Assembly: GCF_006345805.1 (NCBI RefSeq)
Contig: NC_043022.1
Coordinates: 6,324,001-6,388,000 of the forward strand
Reading direction: 5' to 3'
DNA: 64,000 bases
From: Octopus sinensis
Lineage: Eukaryota
Both the position numbers and the translations under genes were made by a program. The notes beneath the pieces are model-generated. The model made no database searches. It saw only the letters and a list, made by a program, of their open reading frames with translations, and had not been told where the DNA came from. Shown in pieces: positions 1-12,029 of the stretch; within the stretch, counting starts at the first letter, position 1; each line of letters starts with the position of its first letter.

Positions 1-505
1 TACATATATATATACATATATTATAATATATATATACATATATATATAGACATATATATATATACATTATATATATATGTATATATATAATATATATATA
101 TATACATACATATATACATACATATATAATATATATATAATATATATATATTTATGTGTGTATGTATATACATAGATACGTGTACATGTGTATACATATG
201 TGTGTGTATGTATTTGTGTATATATATATATATATTATACATACAGATATATATGCACATGCGTGTGAAAAAATATATATATATACATACATATACATAC
301 ATGCATATACATGTACATTTATATACAGTACATATATACATGTACATATATATATATGTGTGTGTTTTGTATGTGTACGTATNNNNNNNNNNNNNNNNNN
401 NNNNNNNNNNNNNNNNNNNNNNNNNNNNNNNNNNNNNNNNNNNNNNNNNNNNNNNNNNNNNNNNNNNNNNNNNNNNNNNNNNTATCATATATATATATAT
501 ATATA

Positions 506-536
<31 letters not shown>

Positions 537-560
537 CTATATATATATATATATCTATTA
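1..560. repeat. Compound (TA)n/(TG)n/(TACA)n microsatellite containing a 100-N assembly gap (383-482)
   Basis: Directly visible dinucleotide runs. The overlapping Y/I/C/V-rich ORFs are translation artefacts. Confidence 0.95.
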
Positions 561-566
561 TACATA

Positions 567-735
567 CGCGCGGGAGTGGTGTGTGGTAAGTAGCTTGCTT
601 ACCAACCACATGGTTCCAGGTTCAATCCCACTGCGTGGAACCTTGGGCAAATGTCTTCTAGTAGGCATTGTTTGGTAGACGGAAGCTAAAAGAAACCTAT
701 TGTGTGTGTATGTGTGTGTGTGTGTGTGTGTAAAC
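567..735 (+). mobile_element. 5' part of a tRNA-derived CORE-type SINE (octopus OR-like family)
   Basis: Head GGAGTGGTGTGTGGTAAGTAGCTTG...GGTTCAATCCC (A/B boxes), then CCTTGGGCAAATGTCTTCTA. Same family as the copies at 10048 and 60535. Confidence 0.8.
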
Positions 736-894
736 AATTTGTTTCTTTTTTTCCATGTCTGCGACATTCAGCAACGAGGAACTTTCTTTCACTCGATTGA
801 TTTCTAGTGAAATATTAAGTTCCTGCCAGACGTCCATTTGATGTGGAAACTATTTATAAGACACAGCTTACTCTCAAAACCAGATATATGCATT

Positions 895-2196
895 TGTAAT
901 GGCCGTGGATGCGTGTTTTGAGTCAGTTCATCAATTTGCAAGGACCGTACGGGTCGCCAATTTGTAATGGGCCGCGCGATGGTTCTAAGTCGGGGTCACC
1001 GATTTGTAAGGGACCGTGCGATGTGAGGTGACGAGGATGGCTCTTTTGTACCACATCACACAGCCGTTACAATAAAGAGGGACTAACAGAACAAATAAAC
1101 GCAAGATGGAAAGAGAAAACCGCGTAAGAATGATTAAAAAAACATTTATTGATGAGATAACGTGTGTGTGCGTGCGTCATGTATACGGAATAATTGAGAG
1201 GACGTCATGAGAACAAAATGTACTTGTATGTGTCGGCATAGATGTATTCGCGTGTTAAGAACATTTAAGGATGACAGTGAAGAAGACAGTGAAAGGGTCG
1301 ACAGCCATCGAGAAAGATGAATAATACCAGTTCGTAGTCAGTCGTACGCGCGAGTTGAAATACTGTATTAAGAAGTCGCGGCAATGATGCTGAACCGGTT
1401 ACAGAAATTAAACATCAGAAAGTGATATAATAAAACGAAGAACTGAGAACGGTGGCAGGACACGATCGTCTGTCCTGCATTCTGGGTATGGCGCCTAAAG
1501 AAGATCCCATAATACCTGTACATTCTAAATTCCAGTGATGTGCTCTGTACGAGAAATCGTGGCTGTGATGCCGCTGCCTGGGTCACTTGTACAGGAGTTC
1601 ATGTTGGTCGTAAATTCGCTGTTGATCCGTAGTGAAATAATTCACGAACAGTGAACTGTTGGAACCTGGGTGAATTTTGTTGCTGAGCTGTGTATGTAGA
1701 GAGAGGATGTTGACGGCGTTAAGAAGGAGATGATGGTGGTGACGAATGCGAAGGAGGTTGCCTCAGTGCTATTGAAGGTCCTGGTGAGAAAGTTGGTAAG
1801 TCTCAACGTAGCTGCGGTGGTAGTGGCATTGTCTCTTGGAGTGGCCGTGTCTTCATGGTCAGCGGCTAGACCTTAAAAGGTCTGGAACCCAAGACATCGG
1901 AACGAGGAAACGCGGGGTTTTTATAAGGAGCTGTAGGCTGAAACAGGGTAGTAAATAGGCTGTAAATAGGCTGAAACAGGGTAGTAAATAGGCTGTCCCA
2001 CGTGATCCTAGGACTGGTTATCCGCGGCAAACTGGCACAACCGAGTGGGAGAGAAATAGCGCCAACTCCAACCAGAGTCGTGGACACAACGTGATCCAAA
2101 TAGCGGTCAAAGGTTAGCTGTTCCCTGCTACGTTCGAATGCTCGTATATATATATAATAATTGGGAGAGGGGAATTTCACCTGAGTCGACGCTACA
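895..2196 (-). mobile_element. Solo-LTR-like element (about 1.3 kb)
   Basis: TGTA...TACA termini; 4-bp flanks CATT/CATC (one mismatch); minus-strand TATA-like TTATAAAA near 1920-1927 and AATAAA near 1145-1150; duplicated enhancer-like repeats at 1935-1995; PBS-like motifs at 922-1000. Confidence 0.6.
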
Positions 2197-3062
2197 CATC
2201 GGAATGACTTTTGAGTAATTAAGGAAATTCAGTCTCTAAATCTATCTGATTTGGATTGGAAGACTAAGATTCGCCTCCTGTCTCTATGGAATCTATCCCA
2301 GTTTGGCTGAAAAAGATTTCCCGTACGTGAAGCCAGCAGCTTCTACAGTGTGTTTTAAGGGTCATCATGAAATCGACCAAATATGCACTTATACTGGTTT
2401 TGAAAGTAAGCTCTGTGGGTAAATAAACTCACTCCTAAACACGTCGGTCCCTGTCTGACATTACGTTCCGATTAAAGTTCCTAATGAAAGATCATTATTT
2501 AAAACATTAATTACTATTTCTTCATAGAATGTTTAAACAATGGCAATGAAAGCCTGCGAGACAGCTTCACCTAAACATCTTCCTCGGTTGCTCCCGTGGT
2601 TGTTTACACCCAGGTTAATCCTAAACAAGCCGACCCTGTGATCAAAAGTATTCCAATCATGACCATCCCGTTTTTTCTTAGGTGCAGGAAACCTACGACC
2701 ACATTATCCAATGTATTCTTTTCTAAGACAGCAGTGAGTGATTTGAAGGAGATTTGGCTGCAACTTCTAGCAAGTCGAGTGACCACGAAGAGTCTCCTTC
2801 GTTATATCACCATGGAGTTAATATCTAAAACGGCACACAAAGGGATAGAATAGGGGTATATTTGCTATAAATACCTCCACCCCGTGGGAAACGATGATGT
2901 GGACAATCTAGTAGATTCCAAGAACATTGGTTCTCTCCAATTCGAGGAATCCGGGGCTAGAATTAAGTTTTGGGAAAATGTTCCTATCGTTGTCATAAGT
3001 CTGACAATTTCTTTTACGAATTTAGAGAAGCAGATTTTCAATTCTAGTAATTCTTCCTACTT

Positions 3063-3260
3063 TTGGCACAGACCCAACTATTTTGAGGGGAGGGGTAAGT
3101 CGATTACATTAACCCTTGGTGCGCAATTGGTACGTATTTCACCGACCCCGAAAGAATGAAAGGCAAAGTTGACCCCGGTGGAATTTGAACTCAGAACGAA
3201 AAGACCCAGGAGAAACGCTGCTGACCATTTTCTCCAGTACAGCAATGATTCTGCCAGCCC
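3063..3260 (-). mobile_element. tRNA-derived SINE, older 'type A' subfamily
   Basis: Central GAGGTCGACTTTGCCTTTCATCCTTTCGGGGTCG-like domain on the minus strand with a GCTGGCAGAATC head. Confidence 0.8.
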
Positions 3261-4367
3261 TCCCCCCCCCCGATTTTTTTTCTCCATTTATAATAATACT
3301 AGACATAAGCTTCATAAACTACAAAATATGAATATCCACGCTACCACACTTGAAACCTCCCTCTTATAACTCTTTATCTCGATTGAATGTTCGTGAAGGT
3401 ATTTTAGAATGACCAAACTTATTCCTGCAAATGTGCCAAGCACTGATGCTGCTCATTGTTTAATCAGTAAGCGTAGGGGAAGGTCAGTGAGACCCCATTT
3501 AAGCGGCCCTTCAGATATTGAATCTCCTTACGATACTCCCTGGGAGTTCATGGTATGAATTTCATTGTCATTGCTCCGATTTGGTGGCCAATGACATGTA
3601 TTTAGTTTAAAATGCAGTAAAAATAGGGCGGGTCAGTGGGGCCCCAATTAGGCAGCCCTTAATAAAAATAGAACCCACCCCTTAGGACATTCCCTGGTAT
3701 TAGGGGAGTTGCTGGTTCGAGTTTCGCTCGAAGAAGACAGTGAAAGTGTCGACAGCCATCGAGAAAGATGAATAATACCAGTTCGTAGTCAGTCGTACGC
3801 GGGAGTTGAAACACAACATATGAAAATATATAAATTCATAAATCTATAAAATACAGAATTTAACAAAAAATAATAAAAGAAATGAAAACCTACGGTCCAG
3901 GAGGAGTTAACGAACATAAAAGCGTAATGGACAGAGAAACATCACTCCAATTTATAATAGGATATTCTCTTTCGAGGTCCCAATCAACAACAATCCTGTC
4001 TTTAACAGAAGACAGCAGGAATATCAAATCCTCTTTGACAGGTATTGTGTGATTGGGGACAGCGTAGAAAATGTGGGCTCCAGTCATCCAATGCTTTGGG
4101 AAATTGTAGAATTGCTTCATCTGACAGCCATTAGACTGTGACCATGCTGGAGCACTGCCTTCAATAATTTTTTGCCGATTGAATTGAACCCAGTGCTTAT
4201 TTGGGTTTTGGGAGACTTTTTTTTTCCAAGCCTGATACTTATTCTATCAGTTGTCTTTTGCCGAACCGCTTAGCTACAGGGACGTAACACACCAAAAGCG
4301 GTTGTCAAGCGATGGTAAGGGACAAACACAGACAGAAAGACATACATTATATACACATACACACACA

Positions 4368-4411
<44 letters not shown>

Positions 4412-4868
4412 CTTGAATTCTTCATCTGAGTTGAGAAAATAAAGGAAACTAACGTTTTCTTGCTTATTCAGAGCGACACACAGACTTTGTTATTTCAATG
4501 TTGTATCTGGTTATTCCAAGTCATCTCATTGGAATGGGTCTCCGTCGGTTTCGGTTGGGAGGATTTAGTTGTCCCATTCGAATAAACAACTTCCTCATTG
4601 GATTAGTATGCAAGCGGCTGAGTATTCCATAGAAACGTGTACCCCTAAAGTAATCTGAAAATCGAACAAATGCCTCAAAGTGTTTTGTCCAATGCTCTGA
4701 CCATTCACAGCTAATTCACGGTTATTAATTCGAAACTCAAATATCAAGTTCTCAATATACAAAGATTAGTAACGAACTCTCAAAACAATTGTTGCTCTGA
4801 AAGTAATCTTTACACTCATCCGGCACACACCACACACACACCACCACCACAACACCACAGCACATACC

Positions 4869-5080
4869 AAACGTTAGCACGCCGGGCGAAATGCGTAGCC
4901 GTATTTCGTCTGCCGTTACGTTCTGAGTTCAAATTCCGCCGAGGTCGACTTTGCCTTTCATCCTTTCGGGGTCGATAAATTAAGTACCAGTTACGCACTG
5001 GGGTCGATATAATCGACTTAATCCGTTTGTCTGTCCTTGTTTATCCCCTCTGTGTTTAGCCCCTTGTGGGTAGTCAAGAA
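4869..5080 (+). mobile_element. tRNA-derived SINE, young 'type B' subfamily
   Basis: Body CGTTAGCACGCCGGGCGAAATG...GAGGTCGACTTTGCC... with B tail TGTCTGTCCTTGTTT...GCCCCTTGTGGGTAGTCAAGAAAT. Confidence 0.9.
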
Positions 5081-6139
5081 ATGCATATTGATGTATGTGC
5101 ATTCCAGAAGTTCTGAGAATTTTTTCGGGAGAGACCTTAATTAATTACAAAGAAGTGCAAAACCCTAATCTCTTTTAAAGTAGGGCCCTTTATCTTCAAT
5201 GCACGTGTTGTTATAGCGTTCCAACCATTTTGTGAAGGCGTCGCGTAAGTCCTCTAAAGTGAAGGTGTCTCGGAGTCATGTGACAGCCTCCTTCATCTCT
5301 AGTTTGGGGAACAAGCAAGGGTTACAGGGGGCAAGGTCTGGACTTTAGTGAGGGTGGGGGACATTTTTTTTTTTTTTGTTGCTCATCTCTGTCAAGTAGT
5401 TTGTTCTGGCTCTTAATGTTCTGAGTTCAAATCCCGCTGAAGCTAACTTTACATTAGTCCTTTCGGGGGTAATAAAATAAAGTACCAGTCAAGTACTGGG
5501 GTCAATGTAACCGACTCGACCCCCTTCCCTCAAAACTGTTGGTCTTGTATCAAAAACAAGAACCATTATTTGTAGAAAAGCTTTAGCAGAGATTCCTTGC
5601 TTTAACAAATATAATTTTGTCTGATCCTTGCGTCATGGTTCAACGAAATCGATACAAAATGGATTAAACTCGATTCTTCATTTACATTTTATAGAAACCA
5701 GGAACGAAGTTACTTTGGAAAAGATTTCCTCCCTCCGTCACCGAAATTGCACGGATGAACAATCAAAAGGGATTTGCTGTTTCATCTTGTGGTTTAATAT
5801 TCAGTTAATTCGTTAAAAAATATCTCTACAAAGACGAGATGGATTTGGAAAAGATCCTAATGAATTTGCTTCATAAAGTAAATCAGTTTTAGTCTTGACG
5901 CGAGGTCAGAGATGATGAGAGAGCGTCTTAAGTCGATCTAATCGATGTCAACCCTTGACGGATATTTATTGGTTCTGAAATGTTGAAAGTCAATCACAGA
6001 TGGAAAATATTAATTGTAAATGATTTCATAAAACAGAAACAACCAACAGAAAATTAAAAATATGAATTACAGCGTCCGTTTCCGAAAACCCTTTTTATTT
6101 CGTTTCCATTCTCTTCGCTTGTACTTAGGTTTTATTTAC

Positions 6140-6558
6140 TCTTTTTTACTCTCTTTTACCTGTTTCAGTCATTTGACTGTGGCCACGCTGGAGCACCGCC
6201 TTTAGTCGAGCAAATCGACCCCGGGACTTATTCTTTGTAAGCCCAGTACTTATTCTATCAGTCTCTTTTGCCGAACCGCTAAGTGACGGGGACGTAAACA
6301 CACCAGCATCGGTTGTCAAGCAATGCTAGGGGGACAAACAGACGCACAAACATATACACACACATACATATATATATATATATACACATATATACGACAG
6401 GCTTCTTTCAGTTTCCGTCTACCAAATCCACTCACAAGGCATTGGTCGGCCCGGGGCTATAGCAGAAGACACTTGCCCAAGATGCCACGCAGTGGGACTG
6501 AACCCGGAACCATGTGGTTGGTTAGCAAGCTACTTACCACACAGCCACTCCTGCGCCT
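6140..6558 (-). mobile_element. Full-length CORE-type SINE with internal (TA/TG) microsatellite
   Basis: Reverse complement of the 10048-10470 and 60535-60930 copies; (GTAAAAGA)n-like tail. Confidence 0.9.
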
Positions 6559-6698
6559 ATTTTTTTTTTTTTTTTTTTGCCTTTTCACACTTTTGCTATT
6601 CGTGTTTTACCTCCGTCTGTTTCCACATTGAGTTTGTTGTAAGAACTGTTTTCATTTCTTTTATTATTTTTTTGTTAAATTCCGTATTTTATAGATTT

Positions 6699-7076
6699 AC
6701 TAGCAGTATCGCCCGGCGTTGCTCAGGTTTGTAAGGGAAATAACTATAAAGCATTTTTAGACAGTTATAGTCAAAAAATAGCAAAAAAATGGAAAAAAAA
6801 TTATGGTAAATTTTTTTTGAGAGTTAAAAAGGTCGAGTTGCGTCCCCTAGACAGCCTGTGGTTTGTGTTTCTGATTCTCGACCCCATGTCGAATTTATCG
6901 ATTTTTTTCAGAACTGGGGAAACTTTTCAAAATTTTCGCTGCGTTAGTTTTGAATTATGACATTGGGTTATGTGTGTGTCAAGTTTCATCAGAATCAGTT
7001 GAAAGCCATGGTCAGGGAGAGGGTACAACCTAACAGACACGCAGACAGACAAACTGCCGTTTATATAGAGAGAGAT
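6699..7076 (+). mobile_element. Helentron-associated (HINE/DINE-1-like) non-autonomous element
   Basis: 5' ACTAGCAGTATCGCCCGGCGTTGCTC with a short palindrome; 3' ACAGACAGAC...TTTATATAGAGAGAGAT; no TSD; 5' end shared with 13068 and 44132. Architecture matches known HINEs. Confidence 0.65.
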
Positions 7077-7347
7077 GAATTTATATATTTTCCTATGTTG
7101 TGTGTGGACAGAAAGCGAGATAGAGAGACTGGCAGGTCCTACATAGGTAACATAAATCATACTTTGACCCTGTATGGACTGAGATCCCATCGACAGGCCA
7201 CTCATATTTAGAAATAAAGTGGCCTCTCTCGCAAGAAAGAGGCCATGGGCCAACGGGTTTTAGGGTCTGAAGAAACGCTGTAAAGCTTTATGGACGCGAA
7301 ACCCAGAGTAACCCCATTGACAGGCCATATCTATCTTTATCTAAATA

Positions 7348-8130
7348 CCCGACTGCTCTGAGCTGGCAGAAACGTTAGCACGCCGTGCAAAATGCGTAGC
7401 TGTATTTCGCCTGCCGTTACGTTCTGAGTTCAAATTCCGCTGAGGTCGACTTTGCCTTTCATCCTTTCGGGGTCGATAAATTAAGTACCAGTTACGCACT
7501 GGGGTCGACGTAATCCGTTTGTCTGTCCTTATTTGTCCCCTCTGTGTGTAGCCCCTTGTGGGTAGTAAAGAAATATATAACTTACGAACGGACATAATGT
7601 GTAACGTTTACTTTGGCGGGGGGAAAATATTACTTTTTCGTTTTTACGAATATTCATTACCTTACAAAAATTATATCAGCTAAGCAAATGACCTTCTTTG
7701 AATGCATTAAAACCCTCTACGGCATAATGTGAACCGTGACCCGACTGCTCTGAGCTGGCAGAAACGTTAGCACGCCGTGCAAAATGCGTAGCTGTATTTC
7801 GCCTGCCGTTACGTTCTGAGTTCAAATTCCGCCGAGGTCGACTTTGCCTTTCATCCTTTCGGGGTCGATAAATTAACTACCAACTACGCACTGGGGTCGA
7901 CGTAATCCGTTTGTCTGTCCTTATTTGTCCCCTCTGTGTGTAGCCCCTTGTGGGTAGTAAAGAAATATATAACTTACGAACGGACATAATGTGTAACGTT
8001 TACTTTGGCGGGGGGAAAATATTACTTTTTCGTTTTTACGAATATTCATTACCTTACAAAAATTATATCAGCTAAGCAAATGACCTTCTTTGAATGCATT
8101 AAAACCCTCTACGGCATAATGTGAACCGTG
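7348..8130 (+). repeat. Head-to-tail duplication of a 392-bp unit (type B SINE plus unique 3' flank)
   Basis: Units start at 7348 and 7740 and differ by only a few substitutions. Confidence 0.9.
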
Positions 8131-9015
8131 TTTCGGAAAATTATCACCGTTCTTTTTGAACATATAAAGACAAAATTTAGCCAGAGCAAAATGAGTAAGA
8201 CAAGATAAGATAAACTTGCCACTTCAGTTCTTCAGAATTGCTTTTGGAAAGAAGCTCATACATATCGATATCCATCGTTAGACATCAGAAAGATCGGAAA
8301 TGAAAAGAAAATATATTTTTTTTTATATCTGGGTCAAATGAAAGAGGATCAGGAGAAAATGGCACGTGATATAAAATTAATGAAACTCAAAATATTCTCT
8401 ATAACTCATCTGCTGGAGTGCCTCTCTTCCTGATATATTTTCACGACATGCAGTTAAAGAGAAGAAATTATTGATTTTTTTTTTTTTTTTTGGAAACTTG
8501 AAAATTATCATGGGGAAAAATTGACTTAGGATCCAGAGAAAAGAATATTGATTGTTAAACCCCAAAATTTATTGTTATTTTATTACCAACCTCAAATTCA
8601 ATGGGGTCAATGTTGAGGAAAAATCTCTAAAAAAAAATCTACCCGTCAGCTATATTTGAAAGTCGCTCAACTTCAACAACAATAACCAGGCTGATCAATA
8701 AAGGTGAGGCAACTGCAGAAAATAATGATGCAATTCTTGCAGTGTAATGATTTCAAACAGGTAAAGAAGAAAATAAAGAGAAATCAGGAATTTCACATTT
8801 TGCTCCACCCCTGCACCGTTATTTGATTAGAAGGATGCAGCACGAAACGTTTGGCCCTTGAGTCACGTTTGTAATTTTCTGCAATACTCATGCATTGATT
8901 TCTGGTTCTCCTGTTGGTTTTACTACCGCCGCCTCCCCCCTCTCTCTCTCCCTCTCTTTGTATTCTACTTGTTTCAGTCATAAAACTGCGGCCATGTTGG
9001 GGCACTGCTTTGAAA

Positions 9016-9516
9016 GGTTTAGTCAAACAAGTCGACCCCAATATCTAAGTTTGTGGCTATCGTGATTCTGCTACTGTCGTTTGGTGTCAGCTGGACATCG
9101 AGTTATGCACACATGGAGGACAGACGCGAACATAATATATTTTATTATATTAAAAAGCGGCGAGCTGGCAGAAACGTTAGCACGCCGGGCGAAATGCGTA
9201 GCCGTATTTCGTCTGCCGTTACGTGTTCTGGGTTCAAATTCCGCCGAGGTCGACTTTGCCTTTCATCCTTTCGGGGTCGATAAATTAAGTACCAGTTACG
9301 CACTAGGGTCGATGTAATCGACTTAATACCTATGTCTGTCCTTGTTTGTCCCCTCTGTGTTTGGCCCCTTGTGGGTAATAGAGAAATAGGTTTAGTCAAA
9401 CAAGTCGACCCCAATATCTAAGTTTGTGGCTATCGTGATCCTGCTACTATCGTTTGGTGTCAGCTGGACTTCGAGTTATGCACACATGGAGGACAGACGC
9501 GAACATAATATATTTT
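9016..9516 (+). mobile_element. Type B SINE (about 9153-9388) flanked by 128-bp direct repeats
   Basis: 9016-9143 and 9389-9516 match with 3 substitutions; both begin GGTTT. Confidence 0.9.
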
Positions 9517-9574
9517 GTATGGTTTGTAAGATTTATTGAACAAGAGAACTATTGAATACAAACAACCAAAAATA

Positions 9575-9905
9575 GGCGCAGGAGTGGCTGTGTGGTAAGT
9601 AGCTTGCTTCCCAACCACATGGTTCCGGGTTCAGTCCCACTGCGTGGCACCTTGGGGAAGTGTCTTCTACTATAGCCTCGGGCCGACCAAAGCCTTGTGA
9701 GTGGATTTGGTAGACGGAAACTGAAAGAAGCCCGTCGTATATATATATATGCATGTGTGTGTATGTGTGTGTTTGTGTCTGTGTTTGTCCCCCTAGCCTT
9801 GCTTGACAACCGATGCTGGTGTGTTTATGTCCCCGTTACTGCATGGCCGCAGTCAAATGACTGAAACAAGTAAAAGAGTAAAAGAGTAAAAGAGTAAAAG
9901 AGTAA
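9575..9905 (+). mobile_element. CORE-type SINE with an internal deletion
   Basis: GGCGCAGGAGTGGCTGTGTGG head, internal microsatellite, (GTAAAAGA)n tail. Confidence 0.9.
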
Positions 9906-9984
9906 CCAATGCCTGCTGGTCATGAAGGAGATCGAAACCGAACATAACGATGGCTAATAAGGCCCGAGATACCAGAAAGAGTTG

Positions 9985-11057
9985 GAATCTTTTCCTTTTG
10001 AACGGCAGACAATTTCTAGTTAACTAAACACTTTTAAACTTCGTATATAGGCGCAGGAGTGGCTGTGTGGTAAGTAGCTTGTTTACCAACCACATGGTTC
10101 CGGGTTCAGTCCCACTGTGTGGCATCTTGGGCAAGTGTCTTCTGCTATAGCCCCGGGCCGACCAATGCCTTGTGAGTGGAATTGGTAGACGGAAACTGAA
10201 AGAAGCGTGTCGTATATATGTATATATAGATATGTGTGTGTGTTTGTGTGTCTGTGTTTGTCCCCCTAGCATTGCTTGACAACCGATGCTGGTGTGTTTA
10301 TGTCCCCGTCACTTAGCGGTTCGGCAAAAAAGAGACCGATAGAATAAGTACTGGGCTTACAAAGAATAAGCGCCGGGGTCGAGTTGCTCGATTAAAGGCG
10401 GTGCTCCAGCATGGCCGCAGTCAAATGACTGAAACAAGTAAAAGAGAAAAGAGAAAAGAGAGAAAAGAGATACTGGTAGAATGTGTCAAAATAAAACATT
10501 TTTTTCTTTTGGCTTTCTTGAGAAAATTGTAATTTGTTTGTTTAACGTAGTTTAATTTTTCGAATTTTAACCAATCCTATGCTCTCTTTTGAGCTGAAAT
10601 CATTTGCTGCGTCTAAAACTGAGACAACATCCTGTAACTAACCCTAACCTCCCCCCTAACCCTAACCCTAACCCTAATTTTTCTTTTCTTAATTGTTAAA
10701 TTAATTTAATTGTTACGCGTGTAAAAAAACTAAAGCAATGGAATTAAATTAATTTAACAATTAAGAAAACAATTTAGGGTTAGGGTTAGGGTTAGGGGGG
10801 AGGTTTAGGGTTAGTTACAGGATGTTGTTTCAGTTTAGACGCAGCAAATGATTTTAGTTGAATGGAGATAATCGATTGGTTAAAATTGCCGAAATGCTCG
10901 GATTTTCAAACGAAATATCTTACAAACTATAGAATTTTCTCAATAAAACCAAGAGAAAATGATGTTTTATAAACACATTCTACCAGTATACGAAGGTTAA
11001 AAGTGTTTAGTTAACTAGAAATTGTGTTGACATCTGCCGTTCAAAAGGAAAAGATCC
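9985..11057. mobile_element. Foldback non-autonomous DNA transposon (Merlin-like) with about 300-bp inverted arms containing telomeric repeats
   Basis: Termini G(G/A)ATCTTTTCC; 8-bp TSD AAGAGTTG (9977-9984, 11058-11065); arms complementary except for a SINE inserted in the left arm; (CCCTAA)n near 10637-10678 and (TTAGGG)n near 10774-10814. GG termini plus an 8-bp TSD are Merlin hallmarks. Confidence 0.75.
10048..10470 (+). mobile_element. Full-length CORE-type SINE inserted in the left arm of the foldback element
   Basis: Interrupts CTTCGTATA/CTGG, which is intact in the right arm (CCAGTATACGAAG). Confidence 0.9.
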
Positions 11058-12029
11058 AAGAGTTGATCCGAAGTTATAAAGAATTCTTTTCATTTTTCAC
11101 TGGATTCAGCAAAGGATAACTCAAAGTGGTTTCTGCTATACTAGGCCGTGCTCTGGCTTGGTTGCGACGAGACGGGAAAATGTGTGTCGTCTGGAGGCTG
11201 TCTCTGCAGCTCCCTCTGCTGGGGGTTTGCCTTAATACTAAGATAAGCGCGCGAAAAAGTCATAGAACTTTTCACTAAGTTTTATATGGCGTGGTATCGC
11301 TGCAAGCTGATTGGTTGATAATCAGGGCGCGTCGCTTGACCCGAATGTGGACTGAACCCAACTATCAGGGTTGTAAGGTTTCGATTCTAGGTCTCGCTAG
11401 AAGTTTTTAACCGCTAAGTTACGGGGATGTACACAAATCAACACCGATTGCGGAAGACAGTAAAAAAAACAAAGACACACACGTACACATTTATTTTAAA
11501 ATACGCTTAACCGTTTTTCACATTTGTAAGATTTTCAAAAGTGTAAGTTTAGAGGAAAGTGGAGCTGCGACGCAAACTGTTTGGTTCTTGAGAAACGATA
11601 CTTTTGAAAATCAAATAAACGTGAAACCGGTTAAGTATATTAATTTTAATTTTAATAAATCTTCATGCAGTATACTGTGTGCATTTTAAACTTCATTTGT
11701 CTGTCTCACACACACACACAATCAATCGGACTACCAGACTCGTTGAATTAACATATCAGTGGCTGAATATTCCACAGACACTTGTACCTTGAACATAATT
11801 CTCAGGCAGAATCATTGTGACGAAGTGTAATAGGTGAACCGTTTCAATTCCATATACAATCCACCCAATGCGCTTCTATGCAGTTTCCATCTACATAATT
11901 TCACTCACAAGGTACGAGTCAACCGAAGGTTACAGGAAATGGCATTTTCCCACAATCGGCACTTCATGATTGTAAAGCGAGCTTCTTAGCTGTTTGGCAT
12001 ATTTTGTGCGTGCGTGCGCGCGTGTTTGA

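Noticed and set aside
21-678. Overlapping 90-175 aa ORFs rich in Y/I/C/V/H/T
   Set aside because: Translations of dinucleotide microsatellites spanning an N gap. The same applies to the ORFs at 20637-21386, 24217-25158, 31944-33656, 34184-35810 and 43473-44113.
2200-3050. Short ORFs on both strands (60-104 aa) in non-repetitive-looking DNA
   Set aside because: No recognisable domain, many stops and no consistent splice chain. Possibly a decayed DNA transposon, but not supportable.
8200-8790. Coding-like stretch with a donor CAG/GTAAAG at 8760
   Set aside because: Interrupted by stops and frameshifts. It could be a decayed transposase or a 5' UTR exon of gene 1, but there is no evidence to choose.
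10637-10814. Telomere or chromosome-fusion relic
   Set aside because: Only a few repeats, in CCCTAA-then-TTAGGG order (opposite to a fusion), and embedded symmetrically in a TSD-flanked transposon.
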